Origin: a phage
Assembly (NCBI GenBank): GCA_014740375.1
Contig: GCA_014740375.1_3041.1
Strand: one strand, 5' to 3'
Length of the DNA stretch: 64,000 nt
Shown here: piece after piece, positions 53,901-62,077 of the stretch
Layout: every line of letters starts with the position of its first letter
Numbering within the stretch: the stretch's first letter is position 1
Notes under the pieces: generated by a model
What the model saw: the letters and a program-made list of their open reading frames with translations, nothing else
Told to the model about the DNA's origin: nothing
The model's database searches: none
Position numbers and translations under genes: made by a program

Positions 53901-54648
53901 GAATAACGGCATAGCTGTTCGCAGCGCAGCTTTATTCTATAATAGTATAAATGTCAAAGATAATGGTTCTATTAACTTTGATAAGTCTGGTGCTAACCCA
54001 AGAAATATGAGAATATTTCATGCTGGCGATGCTTCTCGTGGTAACCGTATTGAAATTGCAGATGAAACTAACTATATTGCTTACTTTGAAAAAGCTCCAG
54101 GTGGAGCTAACCGCTTTGTAGTAAATAATGCTACTGTAGCTGGTGTTAATCAAATGAATTCATTTGGTATTAACATCAATAACGCACTTGGTGGAAATAG
54201 TATAGCATTTGGTGATAATGATACTGGAATTAAACAATCCGGTGACGGACTTCTTGATATTATTACTAACGCCGCACGCCGAATGAGATTCCAGACGGGT
54301 GACACTTATTCTGACATGAATATAAATGCCCCAAACGTTTATATTCGTTCTGATATTCGTTTGAAATCTAATTTCAGACCTATTGAAAATGCTCTTGAAA
54401 AGGTTGAACAGCTTGATGGTTTAATCTATGATAAAGCTGACTATATAGGTGGTGAAATTGTTCAGACTGAAGCGGGTATTGTGGCTCAAACACTGCAAGA
54501 TGTTTTACCAGAAGCAGTTCGTGAAGTTGAAGATATTAAAGGTAATAAAATACTCACTGTTTCTTCTCAATCCCAGATTGCTCTTCTAGTTGAAGCTGTG
54601 AAAACACTTTCTGCTCGTGTAAAAGAACTTGAATCTAAACTTATGTAA
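50920..54648 (+). CDS. 37: Long tail fibre distal subunit gp37 with C-terminal intramolecular-chaperone-like domain
   Basis: 1242 aa; C-terminal ~100 aa (SDIRLKSNF ... LIYDK ... ending in coiled coil) resembles self-cleaving chaperone domains of tail fibres. Confidence 0.88.
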   Translation: MATLKQIQFKRSKTAGARPAASVLAEGELAINLKDRTIFTKDDSGNIIDLGIAKGGQIDGNVTIDGTLRVNGPINNFGNFSTSGTITASNIVSATVFRSTSGSFYTRAINDTANAHLWFENTNGSERGVLYSKPQSENEGVITMRVRQGTAAGAQNSEFHFISTDGGIFQARKLTALTSISTPTISVNLINHDSKSFGQYDSQSLVNYVYPGTGETNGVNYLRKVRAKSGGTIYHEICTAQTGLADEVSWWTGNIPLFKLYGIRNDGRMIIRNSLAIGTVTEGYPSSDYGNTVVMGDRYLALGDNASGLKWVRTGVIDLMANGISAATIINNGINSTKKLMVGYSRDSGSTWDFPNNNQAMFTARTDIDGNNNGDGQTHIGYSSNSKMYHYFRGTGRMAVGMAEGLIVEPGILDIKTGSNRVAIRADGTFDSTQRISMRTGLFLSGDDNTNALSFKAPTGVDGTKTINWDAGTRNGQNKNTVTIKAWGNSFNSTPGNRETVFEVSDSQGYYFYAQRTNPASGQTVGPVNFKFNGTVETDHIIGLGNISASGTGSFGGNVTMSNGLFVQGGSSITGQVKIGGTADALRIWNAEYGAIFRRSESNLYIIPTPKGAGESGGISNLRPLIIELNTGTVKMSHDVHLGDSGSGTGLLQVSNSLKTIKMICPVTINERNAALTLDSPSSSSANYLQGSKAGTRSWYVGLGGAGNDLSLYSQSYGHGLVISDNFTSITKPLKVGNAQLGTDGNITNGSGNFANLNTTLNRKVNSGFITYGATAGWYKFATVTMPQSTSTVFFKIAGGSGFNSGLFTQCNIAEIVLRTSNERPADLNAVLYTRTIAAAFKNIAVNNVSGDTYDIYVYAGTYCNQLTCEWSCTENATVSVIGINSSTQSPVDALPDTAVDGQVANVLNNLVDRGKVKRYEADSEIAINSQTGIRIRSNGDKTGSVATMLRNDGGSFYILFTDKNATDGAATVNGDWNSKRPFAINLTTGEVLMNNGIAVRSAALFYNSINVKDNGSINFDKSGANPRNMRIFHAGDASRGNRIEIADETNYIAYFEKAPGGANRFVVNNATVAGVNQMNSFGININNALGGNSIAFGDNDTGIKQSGDGLLDIITNAARRMRFQTGDTYSDMNINAPNVYIRSDIRLKSNFRPIENALEKVEQLDGLIYDKADYIGGEIVQTEAGIVAQTLQDVLPEAVREVEDIKGNKILTVSSQSQIALLVEAVKTLSARVKELESKLM

Positions 54649-54649
54649 A

Positions 54650-54667
54650 AGAGGGCTTCGGCCCTCT
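54650..54667 (+). promoter_or_regulatory. Intercistronic GC hairpin (UUCG loop) between genes 37 and 38
   Basis: AGAGGGC-TTCG-GCCCTCT. Confidence 0.5.
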
Positions 54668-54678
54668 AAGGATTTTTA

Positions 54679-55470
54679 ATGGCAATTGTAGGTGTTCCTG
54701 GCTGGATTGGCGAATCTGCCGTGAATGAAACTGGACAACGTTGGATGGATGCTGCGATGAAAGCTGTTCGTGTTTCAGTTCCCGGCTGGATGAGCTCAAT
54801 GGCTGGACAATCTAAAGAAGTATATTATAGTGTTGGTGCTAGCAATTCTTACAATAAAGACACATTGATAAATTGGATAAAAGCCCAAGGCAGTACTCCT
54901 GTTGTTATTACTATTACAGGAAATATTGTTTCTCAATCTACTGGTGTTCCATGCTTAGATTTTCCTAGCTCATTAACTAATGCATATGTTACCTTAAATA
55001 TTAATAGTGGGGTTCATGTATTAGGTCGGGGAGGAAATGGCGGAAGTAACTCTGCTGGTGGAGCAGGAGGAACTGCAATAAATAACGGAATTGGAACTCG
55101 TTTAAGAATAAACAATAATGGTATTATTGGTGGCGGTGGCGGTGGCGGCGCTGGTGCTAGATATCATCCTTTCCCCCAAATGGATATGATATTTGGTGGC
55201 GGCGGAGGTCGTCCATTTGGTGCAGCAGGTCGAGCAGGCGGCGGCGCTGCGGCAGCATCTGCCGCTACAATTTCTGCTCCTGGTAAAGGTACTGTTTCTG
55301 GGGTTCACCATGGAGGAGATGGTGGAGATTTGGGGGCTGCGGGCAAATCTTCATATATTCAAGGTGGTACTGGAGGAACTGTTCACTCGGGTGGCGCAGC
55401 AGGTAAAGCTGTTACTGGTAATGCTCCAACTTGGACTAAAGTTGGTACAATATATGGTGCAAGAGTATAA
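54679..55470 (+). CDS. 38: T2-type tail fibre tip adhesin gp38 with glycine-rich motifs
   Basis: 263 aa; several Gly-rich motifs (GGGGGGGAGA, GGGGGRPFG, GGDGGDLGAAG) separated by variable segments; T4 gp38 is a 183-aa chaperone. Confidence 0.85.
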   Translation: MAIVGVPGWIGESAVNETGQRWMDAAMKAVRVSVPGWMSSMAGQSKEVYYSVGASNSYNKDTLINWIKAQGSTPVVITITGNIVSQSTGVPCLDFPSSLTNAYVTLNINSGVHVLGRGGNGGSNSAGGAGGTAINNGIGTRLRINNNGIIGGGGGGGAGARYHPFPQMDMIFGGGGGRPFGAAGRAGGGAAAASAATISAPGKGTVSGVHHGGDGGDLGAAGKSSYIQGGTGGTVHSGGAAGKAVTGNAPTWTKVGTIYGARV

Positions 55471-55475
55471 TTTTG

Positions 55476-55483
55476 AATAAATA
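55476..55483 (+). promoter_or_regulatory. Possible late promoter variant (AATAAATA) for t
   Basis: One mismatch to TATAAATA, 19 bp upstream of t ATG with AAGGAGG Shine-Dalgarno. Confidence 0.3.
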
Positions 55484-55501
55484 TCCTTAAAAGGAGGGTC
55501 T

Positions 55502-56158
55502 ATGGCAGCACCTAGAATATCATTTTCGCCCTCTGATATTCTGTTTGGTGTTCTAGATCGCTTGTTCAAAGATAACGCTACCGGGAAGGTTCTTGCTTCC
55601 CGGGTAGCTGTCGTAATTCTTTTGTTTATAATGGCGATTGTTTGGTATAGGGGAGATAGTTTCTTTGAGTACTATAAGCAATCAAAGTATGAAACATACA
55701 GTGAAATTATTGAAAAGGAAAGAAATGCACGCTTTGAATCTGTCGCCCTGGAACAACTCCAGATAGTTCATATATCATCTGAGGCAGACTTTAGTGCGGT
55801 GTATTCTTTCCGCCCTAAAAACTTAAACTATTTTGTTGATATTATAGCATACGAAGGAAGATTACCTTCAACAATAACTGAAAAATCACTTGGAGGATAT
55901 CCTGTTGATAAAACTATGGATGAATATACAGTTCATTTAAATGGACGTCATTATTATTCCAACTCAAAATTTGCTTTTTTACCAACTAAAAAGCCTACTC
56001 CCGAAATAAACTACATGTACAGTTGTCCATATTTTAATTTGGATAATATCTATGCTGGAACGATAACCATGTACTGGTATAGAAATGATCATATAAGTAA
56101 TGACCGCCTTGAATCAATATGTGCTCAGGCGGCCAGAATATTAGGAAGGGCTAAATAA
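55502..56158 (+). CDS. t: Holin T
   Basis: 218 aa; single N-terminal transmembrane helix and large periplasmic domain. Confidence 0.92.
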   Translation: MAAPRISFSPSDILFGVLDRLFKDNATGKVLASRVAVVILLFIMAIVWYRGDSFFEYYKQSKYETYSEIIEKERNARFESVALEQLQIVHISSEADFSAVYSFRPKNLNYFVDIIAYEGRLPSTITEKSLGGYPVDKTMDEYTVHLNGRHYYSNSKFAFLPTKKPTPEINYMYSCPYFNLDNIYAGTITMYWYRNDHISNDRLESICAQAARILGRAK

Positions 56159-56431
56159 TTATTTGTTCGTATACATCTCTAGATATCGATATACACCCTC
56201 AAAACCCTCGTTGAATTCGTCGATGAGGGTTTTCTTATCTTCTTGAGTTAATTCAGAAACAATTTTACGGAATGAATTCTGATTTAATTTTCTACCTTCA
56301 TGCGTTACTCCAATCTCATTCAGAAATGCAATAAAATTAGCACGATTTTCAACAATATCTTCTCTGGAAAATTTAATCAAAATAGACGCAACAGTAATAA
56401 TTTCACGAACTGTATCAATGTTTTTATTCAT
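56159..56431 (-). CDS. asiA: Anti-sigma-70 factor AsiA
   Basis: 90 aa; MNKNIDTVREIIT N-terminus. Confidence 0.92.
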   Translation of the reverse strand: MNKNIDTVREIITVASILIKFSREDIVENRANFIAFLNEIGVTHEGRKLNQNSFRKIVSELTQEDKKTLIDEFNEGFEGVYRYLEMYTNK

Positions 56432-56443
56432 TAACTATACCAC

Positions 56444-56596
56444 TCAATTAGTTGACTTTGTTATAATATCATCAGACGCTTGATTTGTAAACTGGTCTGT
56501 GTTATTTTCTTCAAAAATTTTTTCTACGAATTCCTTGAACGACTCGCGTTCCTGAGCTACATTATGCTCGATTACCTTTTCAAGATTATGACTCAT
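56444..56596 (-). CDS. Small acidic ORF (50 aa)
   Basis: ATG overlaps arn stop (ATGA); contains the asiA promoter; not in ORF track (<60 aa). Confidence 0.3.
   Translation of the reverse strand: MSHNLEKVIEHNVAQERESFKEFVEKIFEENNTDQFTNQASDDIITKSTN
56463..56492 (-). promoter_or_regulatory. Early promoter for asiA
   Basis: Minus strand GTTTAC, 18 bp, TATTAT, about 30 bp upstream of asiA ATG. Confidence 0.5.
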
Positions 56597-56871
56597 TCGA
56601 AATAATCTTCAATTTCGTAATCATGGACGTAAATCATTATAGTTTTTAATACATCATCAATACTTTTTCCTGGAGCTGGAATTACGTAAAAATATCCTGC
56701 TTTTGAGAGGTCTTTATAAGTTCCAATCAAGAAATCATTATTCTCAAGATGTAGTTCTTCAACTAATTCATTAACAATTGAATGGTATAGGTTTGGTAGA
56801 AACTTATATAGCTTTTCTAGAATATCAATTTTGATTGTGTATTGAACCACAGACTGAGAATCAATAATCAT
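56593..56871 (-). CDS. arn: Arn (anti-restriction nuclease, McrBC inhibitor)
   Basis: 92 aa acidic protein at T4 arn position next to asiA. Confidence 0.75.
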   Translation of the reverse strand: MIIDSQSVVQYTIKIDILEKLYKFLPNLYHSIVNELVEELHLENNDFLIGTYKDLSKAGYFYVIPAPGKSIDDVLKTIMIYVHDYEIEDYFE

Positions 56872-56980
56872 AGACCTTCCCCTTATGTTTCTGTTTGCGA
56901 TTAGATTCTTTAAACGCTTTCTTCTTATCCTTATGAACAGAAGCTTTATTAAAATTATGTTTTGCGACTAAATTGTTCAT
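56861..56980 (-). CDS. Possible small basic ORF (39 aa)
   Basis: ATG-initiated Lys-rich ORF ending within the first codons of arn; weak Shine-Dalgarno. Confidence 0.2.
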   Translation of the reverse strand: MNNLVAKHNFNKASVHKDKKKAFKESNRKQKHKGKVYDY

Positions 56981-57173
56981 AGTGCTGAATTACCTCTCTC
57001 AAACATTTGCATGTGAATGAAAACTTTTTAGCTACACCACATTCAAATATATGTTCTCTTAAATCACGTGTATCAATATATCCCATCTCAACAATAAAAT
57101 GCCGTATTAGATTTTTATCTTTATCATTGAGAGAATTAAAATAATCAGATTTTGAATTAATTTCCCTGGCCAA
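56955..57173 (-). CDS. Hypothetical protein
   Basis: 72-aa ORF. Confidence 0.45.
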   Translation of the reverse strand: MAREINSKSDYFNSLNDKDKNLIRHFIVEMGYIDTRDLREHIFECGVAKKFSFTCKCLREVIQHYEQFSRKT

Positions 57174-57453
57174 ATTGAATCACCTTCAGTTGACGTTTTA
57201 GTTCTTTTATCATCTCTTCGTTCATTGCAATATAAAGATCGCGTAGAGCAGGTTTTAGCATTCCATTTACCGGAGAACTAAATGGGCATACATAATCTTT
57301 TCCTACGAGCTTTTTAGTGAATTCCATATCACAGAACTTAAATCCAGGCTCATTGGTATAAATTCCCCAATTAGTTGACATCATTTTATTAGCATATTCC
57401 AGTGCCTTAATTTGATTCGTAATTCCATCAATTTGAAACTCTTTAATATTCAT
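57157..57453 (-). CDS. Hypothetical protein
   Basis: 98-aa ORF. Confidence 0.5.
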   Translation of the reverse strand: MNIKEFQIDGITNQIKALEYANKMMSTNWGIYTNEPGFKFCDMEFTKKLVGKDYVCPFSSPVNGMLKPALRDLYIAMNEEMIKELKRQLKVIQFGQGN

Positions 57454-57914
57454 TAGTAAAGGTCCTCAGAGTAAAGTTCTTTTTCACTACCACCACGTTC
57501 AATACGTACTTGTCCAGCGTAAGTTGCAATAATCATTGCTTCTTCACGTGTCCAATAATTACTATATTGGTCAATAAACCCTTGGTCATCATCACAAACT
57601 TGCTGAGTAACTAATTGAGGTTTAACTACATCTAAAACTTCTGCCATATCTTTAGAATAATGACGAGCACCTGGAATAATAAGAGTTCGTCCATCTTTTA
57701 ATTTAAAACGGTTGGCTGCACAGACAATTCGTCGTTGATACTTTTGGTTTTCATCCCAATATGCAGGCTGCCAACAGATTTCAGGAACTTCTTTCAGAAT
57801 ATCTTCTTCTGTGCATTTATAACCATGCGCTTTAAATTTTTCAACAAGACTTTCTGGAGTTTCACGAGATAAAGGAACATTCAGCATTTTTAAACGATTA
57901 ATAAATGGATTCAT
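57453..57914 (-). CDS. Hypothetical protein (153 aa)
   Basis: ORF with overlapping stop-start coupling. Confidence 0.55.
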   Translation of the reverse strand: MNPFINRLKMLNVPLSRETPESLVEKFKAHGYKCTEEDILKEVPEICWQPAYWDENQKYQRRIVCAANRFKLKDGRTLIIPGARHYSKDMAEVLDVVKPQLVTQQVCDDDQGFIDQYSNYWTREEAMIIATYAGQVRIERGGSEKELYSEDLY

Positions 57915-58240
57915 TTAAACCATCCTTTAATACGTTGCCACAAAGTTTTCTGTTGAGCTTTGTTAACACCAATTGAACGAATAACCGGTTGAGATTCCTG
58001 GAATTCTTTATAATCGGCAAGGTAAATTTCGTAAGCTGCATCTGTAAAGGAACTTATCGCTGCCATGAAATTATTGCGAATACCTACTGGAGCATCTTTA
58101 CTTTCACGAATAATCATGTATTTACCAGTCTTAATCTTTACAATAGTTCCAAGATAAGCTCCATGGTACCAGATGTCCCAACCCTCTTGAGTAGGTTCTG
58201 CGCAACGACGAAGTTCATTAACAATTTCTAACTTGTTCAT
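57911..58240 (-). CDS. Hypothetical protein (motA.1 position)
   Basis: 109-aa ORF directly downstream of motA. Confidence 0.55.
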   Translation of the reverse strand: MNKLEIVNELRRCAEPTQEGWDIWYHGAYLGTIVKIKTGKYMIIRESKDAPVGIRNNFMAAISSFTDAAYEIYLADYKEFQESQPVIRSIGVNKAQQKTLWQRIKGWFK

Positions 58241-58250
58241 TATTTATTCC

Positions 58251-58886
58251 TCACAGTTCAGATGCTACAGTGATTACTGCTTCAATGTTTTCTGCCGAGC
58301 GTTTAATGTCAAGATACACATTACCGTTTTTAGCGATTTTACAAGACATTCCGATGTCAGTAAATTTCTGAATATGATGTTCCATCATTTTGTATCCAAA
58401 AATTCGCATATTTCCATTGTTGTTAATTTCAAAATTACGAATTCCGTGAGTGCGTTTTTCTAAAATAGCAAGATAGTTACTGCGATAAGTTTCAACCTTT
58501 TTAAGAACAAATCCATTTTCATCCAAAAGTTTTAACATGAGGTCTTTATCTTCTTCCATATCAGAAGTAATCTCGCGAGCTTTACGAGTTGCTCGTTTTT
58601 TCAGCAGTTCCGGAGCATTTTCCTGTGCGTATAAAGTTGCTGCGTTTGAAATAATATCCTGAGCTTCACCTGTAATGATTAATCCATCACCAGATTTCTC
58701 TACCAGGCCTTTTTTAATCAATACCCCAATATTACTATTAACTACTGCGTTACCTAAATCTGGATGCACCTCACGAACTTCTGCAGCTGTAATGAAATCT
58801 TTCTTAGCAATGGTAATTAAAATCGCAGCAGTTTTTTCATTCAGAACATCGTTAGAAGCTTTGATGATGTAAGTTACTTTAGACAT
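58251..58886 (-). CDS. motA: Middle-transcription activator MotA
   Basis: 211 aa; T4 length; own early promoter and GGAG Shine-Dalgarno. Confidence 0.92.
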   Translation of the reverse strand: MSKVTYIIKASNDVLNEKTAAILITIAKKDFITAAEVREVHPDLGNAVVNSNIGVLIKKGLVEKSGDGLIITGEAQDIISNAATLYAQENAPELLKKRATRKAREITSDMEEDKDLMLKLLDENGFVLKKVETYRSNYLAILEKRTHGIRNFEINNNGNMRIFGYKMMEHHIQKFTDIGMSCKIAKNGNVYLDIKRSAENIEAVITVASEL

Positions 58887-58927
58887 TTTCTAATCTCCGT
58901 AATTCTGTATCAGTAGTTGATAGTTGT

Positions 58928-58957
58928 ATAGTACCACAGTATGCTTTGGTTGTAAAC
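58928..58957 (-). promoter_or_regulatory. Early promoter for motA (cassette family B)
   Basis: Minus strand A/T-rich upstream tract, GTTTAC, 18 bp, TACTAT. Confidence 0.6.
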
Positions 58958-58988
58958 CGTTTTGTGAAAAAATTTTAAAATAAAAAAA

Positions 58989-59008
58989 GGGAGAGCCTCG
59001 GCTCTCCC
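58989..59008 (-). terminator. Rho-independent terminator downstream of gene 52 operon
   Basis: GGGAGAGCC-loop-GGCTCTCCC followed by TTTTTTTA on minus strand. Confidence 0.65.
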
Positions 59009-59013
59009 TAAAA

Positions 59014-59163
59014 TTACTGCATGACAGTTATCACAGTCATGATAACACGTTGAATTCCGAACGCAAGAAGACCTCCTGCTACGGCTGGAACAACGCCTAA
59101 ACCCGCCAGTAAAATGCTACCAGATACTAATGCAGCGCTTGTAATACCAATGAATGGACTCAT
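59014..59163 (-). CDS. Small hydrophobic membrane protein (49 aa)
   Basis: ATG overlaps gene 52 stop (ATGA); AGAGGA Shine-Dalgarno; translation MSPFIGITSAALVSGSILLAGLGVVPAVAGGLLAFGIQRV ... Confidence 0.4.
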   Translation of the reverse strand: MSPFIGITSAALVSGSILLAGLGVVPAVAGGLLAFGIQRVIMTVITVMQ

Positions 59164-60488
59164 TTGATTTCCTCTAAATCTTTAGTGTATTCAGTAACTA
59201 CATCAGTAGTTTTCCAATATTCGTTTTCTTCTTTTTTGGCTTTAGCTTCTTCGGCAAGTTTCTTCGCTTCATCGGAAGTCATATGAAAAATATTCATTCC
59301 AACTAGTTTATCAACATAAGAAGAATACATATCGATTTTCGAAAGTTCTTCGGTCAGTTCTTTACGAGTTTTACCCTGCACAACGATTTCACCTGAAATT
59401 ACTTTCTTAATGAAATGTGCCTTGGCAAAGGCTAAACGAAAAGCTGACTCAGTTTCTTTAATTTTGTTATCAATTCGTTTTTGGACATAAGTTTTACGAA
59501 CTTCAACAAAGTCTTTAATTAAATCAACTACGTTATCGTAAACTTGTAGTTTTCCTTTCTCATTAATAACCGTAATATTCTGAGAACGACGCTCAATCAA
59601 CCCGAAGTCTTTCATAATTTTTGCATGACGTTCTTCTTCATTATCGCTCAAAGAATATTCTTTGCGGAATTTAACTTTGAATCCAAAACCATGCTCACCA
59701 CAAGCATCATCCCATGTAATGAAGCCTTTATCTTCAAGTGGGTCTAAGATTTTACTCACATAAGTTTCACGATCATACTTATACGGAATCTCAGTGATAT
59801 GCATTTGAGTTCGTGAAGTAAACTTATATGTTCCACGAATTTCATATTGCCCATCAATTTCAACGACTTCACCACGAAATTCTGGGAATTCTACCTTCGG
59901 TTTAGTTACTTTCTTTCCTTGAAGAGCTTGCAGTACAGCTTTCTTGACAGAAGAAACACTATGAGGAAGAATGTAAGTTGCATAACCAGTTGCAATACCG
60001 GAAACACCATTAAGAAGAACAGTAGGAATAATAGGCAAATAGAAAGCAGGCGGAATGTGTTCTTTATCTTGATGTACCGGAGCATATTCAGTATCTTTAT
60101 ATACGTTATAGAAATTTTTACTTACACGAGCAAAAATATAACGACTTGCCGCTGCCTTTTGGACAGTACGAGAACCGAAGTTTCCTTGGCCATCTAACAA
60201 AGGAAAGTTATTATTCCAAGTATTAGCCATCAAAGCCCCCGCATCTTGTGCAGAGTTTTCACCATGATGATATCCAAGGTCAGCTACACCACCTGCAATA
60301 GAAGCAAGTTTGTGAAACTTATCTTTATTTCCTCGCGCCAAATCAAGAGCTCGAGCAATAACAAATCGTTGAACTGGCTTAAATCCATCAATCATATTTG
60401 GAATAGCACGATTTTCAACCGTGTACATAGCATAAGCCAATGCTTCATTATCAATGATACTTTTTAAATCGCGATTATTCAGTTGCAT
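59160..60488 (-). CDS. 52: Topoisomerase II medium subunit gp52
   Basis: 442 aa; T4 length; GyrA-like N-terminal region. Confidence 0.9.
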   Translation of the reverse strand: MQLNNRDLKSIIDNEALAYAMYTVENRAIPNMIDGFKPVQRFVIARALDLARGNKDKFHKLASIAGGVADLGYHHGENSAQDAGALMANTWNNNFPLLDGQGNFGSRTVQKAAASRYIFARVSKNFYNVYKDTEYAPVHQDKEHIPPAFYLPIIPTVLLNGVSGIATGYATYILPHSVSSVKKAVLQALQGKKVTKPKVEFPEFRGEVVEIDGQYEIRGTYKFTSRTQMHITEIPYKYDRETYVSKILDPLEDKGFITWDDACGEHGFGFKVKFRKEYSLSDNEEERHAKIMKDFGLIERRSQNITVINEKGKLQVYDNVVDLIKDFVEVRKTYVQKRIDNKIKETESAFRLAFAKAHFIKKVISGEIVVQGKTRKELTEELSKIDMYSSYVDKLVGMNIFHMTSDEAKKLAEEAKAKKEENEYWKTTDVVTEYTKDLEEIK

Positions 60489-60492
60489 AAAT

Positions 60493-60633
60493 TTACCATA
60501 CTAGTGAATGTAGTGCCATAATAACATCAGAAATGAAAAGCACGACTTGAATTAATCCGAACATTACTCCATAATATAGTGCTACCAATAAAGTAGCAAG
60601 GGCTAATGAATAGCCCAAGATTTTCTTAATCAT
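60493..60633 (-). CDS. Possible small hydrophobic ORF (46 aa)
   Basis: ATG-initiated hydrophobic ORF between gene 52 and upstream small ORF; no clear Shine-Dalgarno. Confidence 0.3.
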   Translation of the reverse strand: MIKKILGYSLALATLLVALYYGVMFGLIQVVLFISDVIMALHSLVW

Positions 60634-60784
60634 TAGTAGATAACAACACAAATGTTAAATATGCACACATACCCTGGGCTAAAGCTTGTGAAAACACACT
60701 GCTAGCATCGATACAGATAGTTAAAACACATGCTACTATCCAACAAATAAATGAAATAACTCCTAATAATTTTGCAATATTCAT
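60626..60784 (-). CDS. Small membrane protein (52 aa from MNIAKLL)
   Basis: GAGGAG Shine-Dalgarno; hydrophobic core; paralog of 60795-60950. Confidence 0.45.
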   Translation of the reverse strand: MNIAKLLGVISFICWIVACVLTICIDASSVFSQALAQGMCAYLTFVLLSTND

Positions 60785-60794
60785 AATATTCTCC

Positions 60795-60950
60795 TCAACT
60801 ATTTTTAGAACCAATGTACGCGAATAATGATAAAATCGCTAATACACCCTGAGCTGATGCTTGCAAAAATACTGAAGTTTCTCCAGTTATTACTGTTCCG
60901 ATGCATAAAAAGAACCAACAGAAAAAGGCTATACCGTGAACAAATTTCAT
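60795..60950 (-). CDS. Small membrane protein (51 aa), paralog of downstream ORF
   Basis: Shares SSVFSQALAQG / TSVFLQASAQG motif and hydrophobic helix with 60626-60784; GAGGA Shine-Dalgarno. Confidence 0.45.
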   Translation of the reverse strand: MKFVHGIAFFCWFFLCIGTVITGETSVFLQASAQGVLAILSLFAYIGSKNS

Positions 60951-60957
60951 ATTTTCC

Positions 60958-61038
60958 TCACTGGCGTCCGAAGACGCCTTTGGTTTTAAGATTGTTACGA
61001 TAAAACTGCATCACATGTTCGTTATGGAAATTACTCAT
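60958..61038 (-). CDS. stp: Stp peptide (26 aa; suppressor of three-prime phosphatase)
   Basis: Translation [26 protein letters not shown] matches T4 Stp as I recall it; ATG overlaps ndd stop by 1 nt. Confidence 0.8.
60963..60978 (-). promoter_or_regulatory. GC hairpin within 3' end of stp
   Basis: GGCGTC-CGAA-GACGCC covering the last codons of stp, just before the next Shine-Dalgarno. Confidence 0.4.
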
Positions 61039-61481
61039 TAATATGCCTGCAAAACAAATTTAAAGTTATCAGCCAACATACGGTTCATTTCTTCAAGTGT
61101 TTGATACTCAGAATGATGATTACGAGTAAACGCTAAAGCTAACTGACCTTTTCCAAATCCCGTCGTCAGAGGTTTCATCTTAGAAGCAGGCAGATAAAAC
61201 ACCGTGTATACCATATTATTATTTGCAATAGTACGCGCAAGTTGAGACCGTCGTTGACGAATATGACTTAAAACCGCGCTGAATCCTTGCTTAGAACGCT
61301 GATTACCTACATAAAATCGTGCAGATACACATGAACCATCGAATTCACTTACTAAAAAGTAAAATCCAGGTTTAGACAAAATGTCTTTGTGTGGAGTTCC
61401 CAAAAACCACTCACCGCCCTTGATTGTACCAATAACAGTAGCGCCTGCGTTGTTCAGATCAGTAACAGCCATATATTTCAT
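61038..61481 (-). CDS. ndd: Ndd (nucleoid disruption protein)
   Basis: 147 aa from [18 protein letters not shown] with GAGGA Shine-Dalgarno; track extension to 61529 lacks a ribosome binding site. Confidence 0.75.
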
Positions 61482-61541
61482 TTTAATTTCCTCTAAATTA
61501 TTTTCTACTCCAAGGCCGCATGAATACATACGGCCGATAAA

Positions 61542-61757
61542 TTAATCGTCGCAGTCGACGCTCAATTCCCAAAACTCTTCTACAGTATAAGTTTCAGTAT
61601 CATTTTCAATACAGAAACGTTCATTACTATTATTTGCTAAAGTAGCATTAACTGTCGGTTTCTCGCTAGTGCTCTTAAGAGGTGAAATACGAATTAACTG
61701 ATCACCATTATCTAAACAGAAAATTTCACCAACTTTTACATCTTTAAAACTTTTCAT
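61542..61757 (-). CDS. Hypothetical protein (ndd.1 position)
   Basis: 71-aa ORF. Confidence 0.5.
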   Translation of the reverse strand: MKSFKDVKVGEIFCLDNGDQLIRISPLKSTSEKPTVNATLANNSNERFCIENDTETYTVEEFWELSVDCDD

Positions 61758-61872
61758 AATTCACCTCAAGGAGTATAAAATCCAAATGCAGTTGTTGACC
61801 ATCCCATCCAATATGGGAAATTTGCACCAATGTAAAACATGAGAATATAAAACCAACCACTCAGCAAATTCA

Positions 61873-62070
61873 TCATTTTACACCATTCCAAATTGTTTCA
61901 ACCACAGATTTTAAACCATTTTGATGAATATCCATTCCGACTACCGCCATCAAATAGATTCCAACTACAACTGAACCTAAGGCAAAAATCAGCATGAAAA
62001 TGAATAAAGCCGGAAAAATATTATCGAAAAACCATTCAATAAATGTAAAAGCACTACGTTTACGCTTCAT
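61873..62070 (-). CDS. Small membrane protein (65 aa from MKRKRS)
   Basis: GAGGA Shine-Dalgarno; two hydrophobic segments. Confidence 0.45.
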   Translation of the reverse strand: MKRKRSAFTFIEWFFDNIFPALFIFMLIFALGSVVVGIYLMAVVGMDIHQNGLKSVVETIWNGVK

Positions 62071-62077
62071 ATTTTCC

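Noticed and set aside
55102-55480. ORFs on both strands inside the glycine-rich region of gene 38, and GGTGGCGGC repeats
   Set aside because: GC-rich glycine codon runs are open in several frames; repeats are coding microsatellite-like Gly codons, not a CRISPR array (no spacers, no regular repeat unit).
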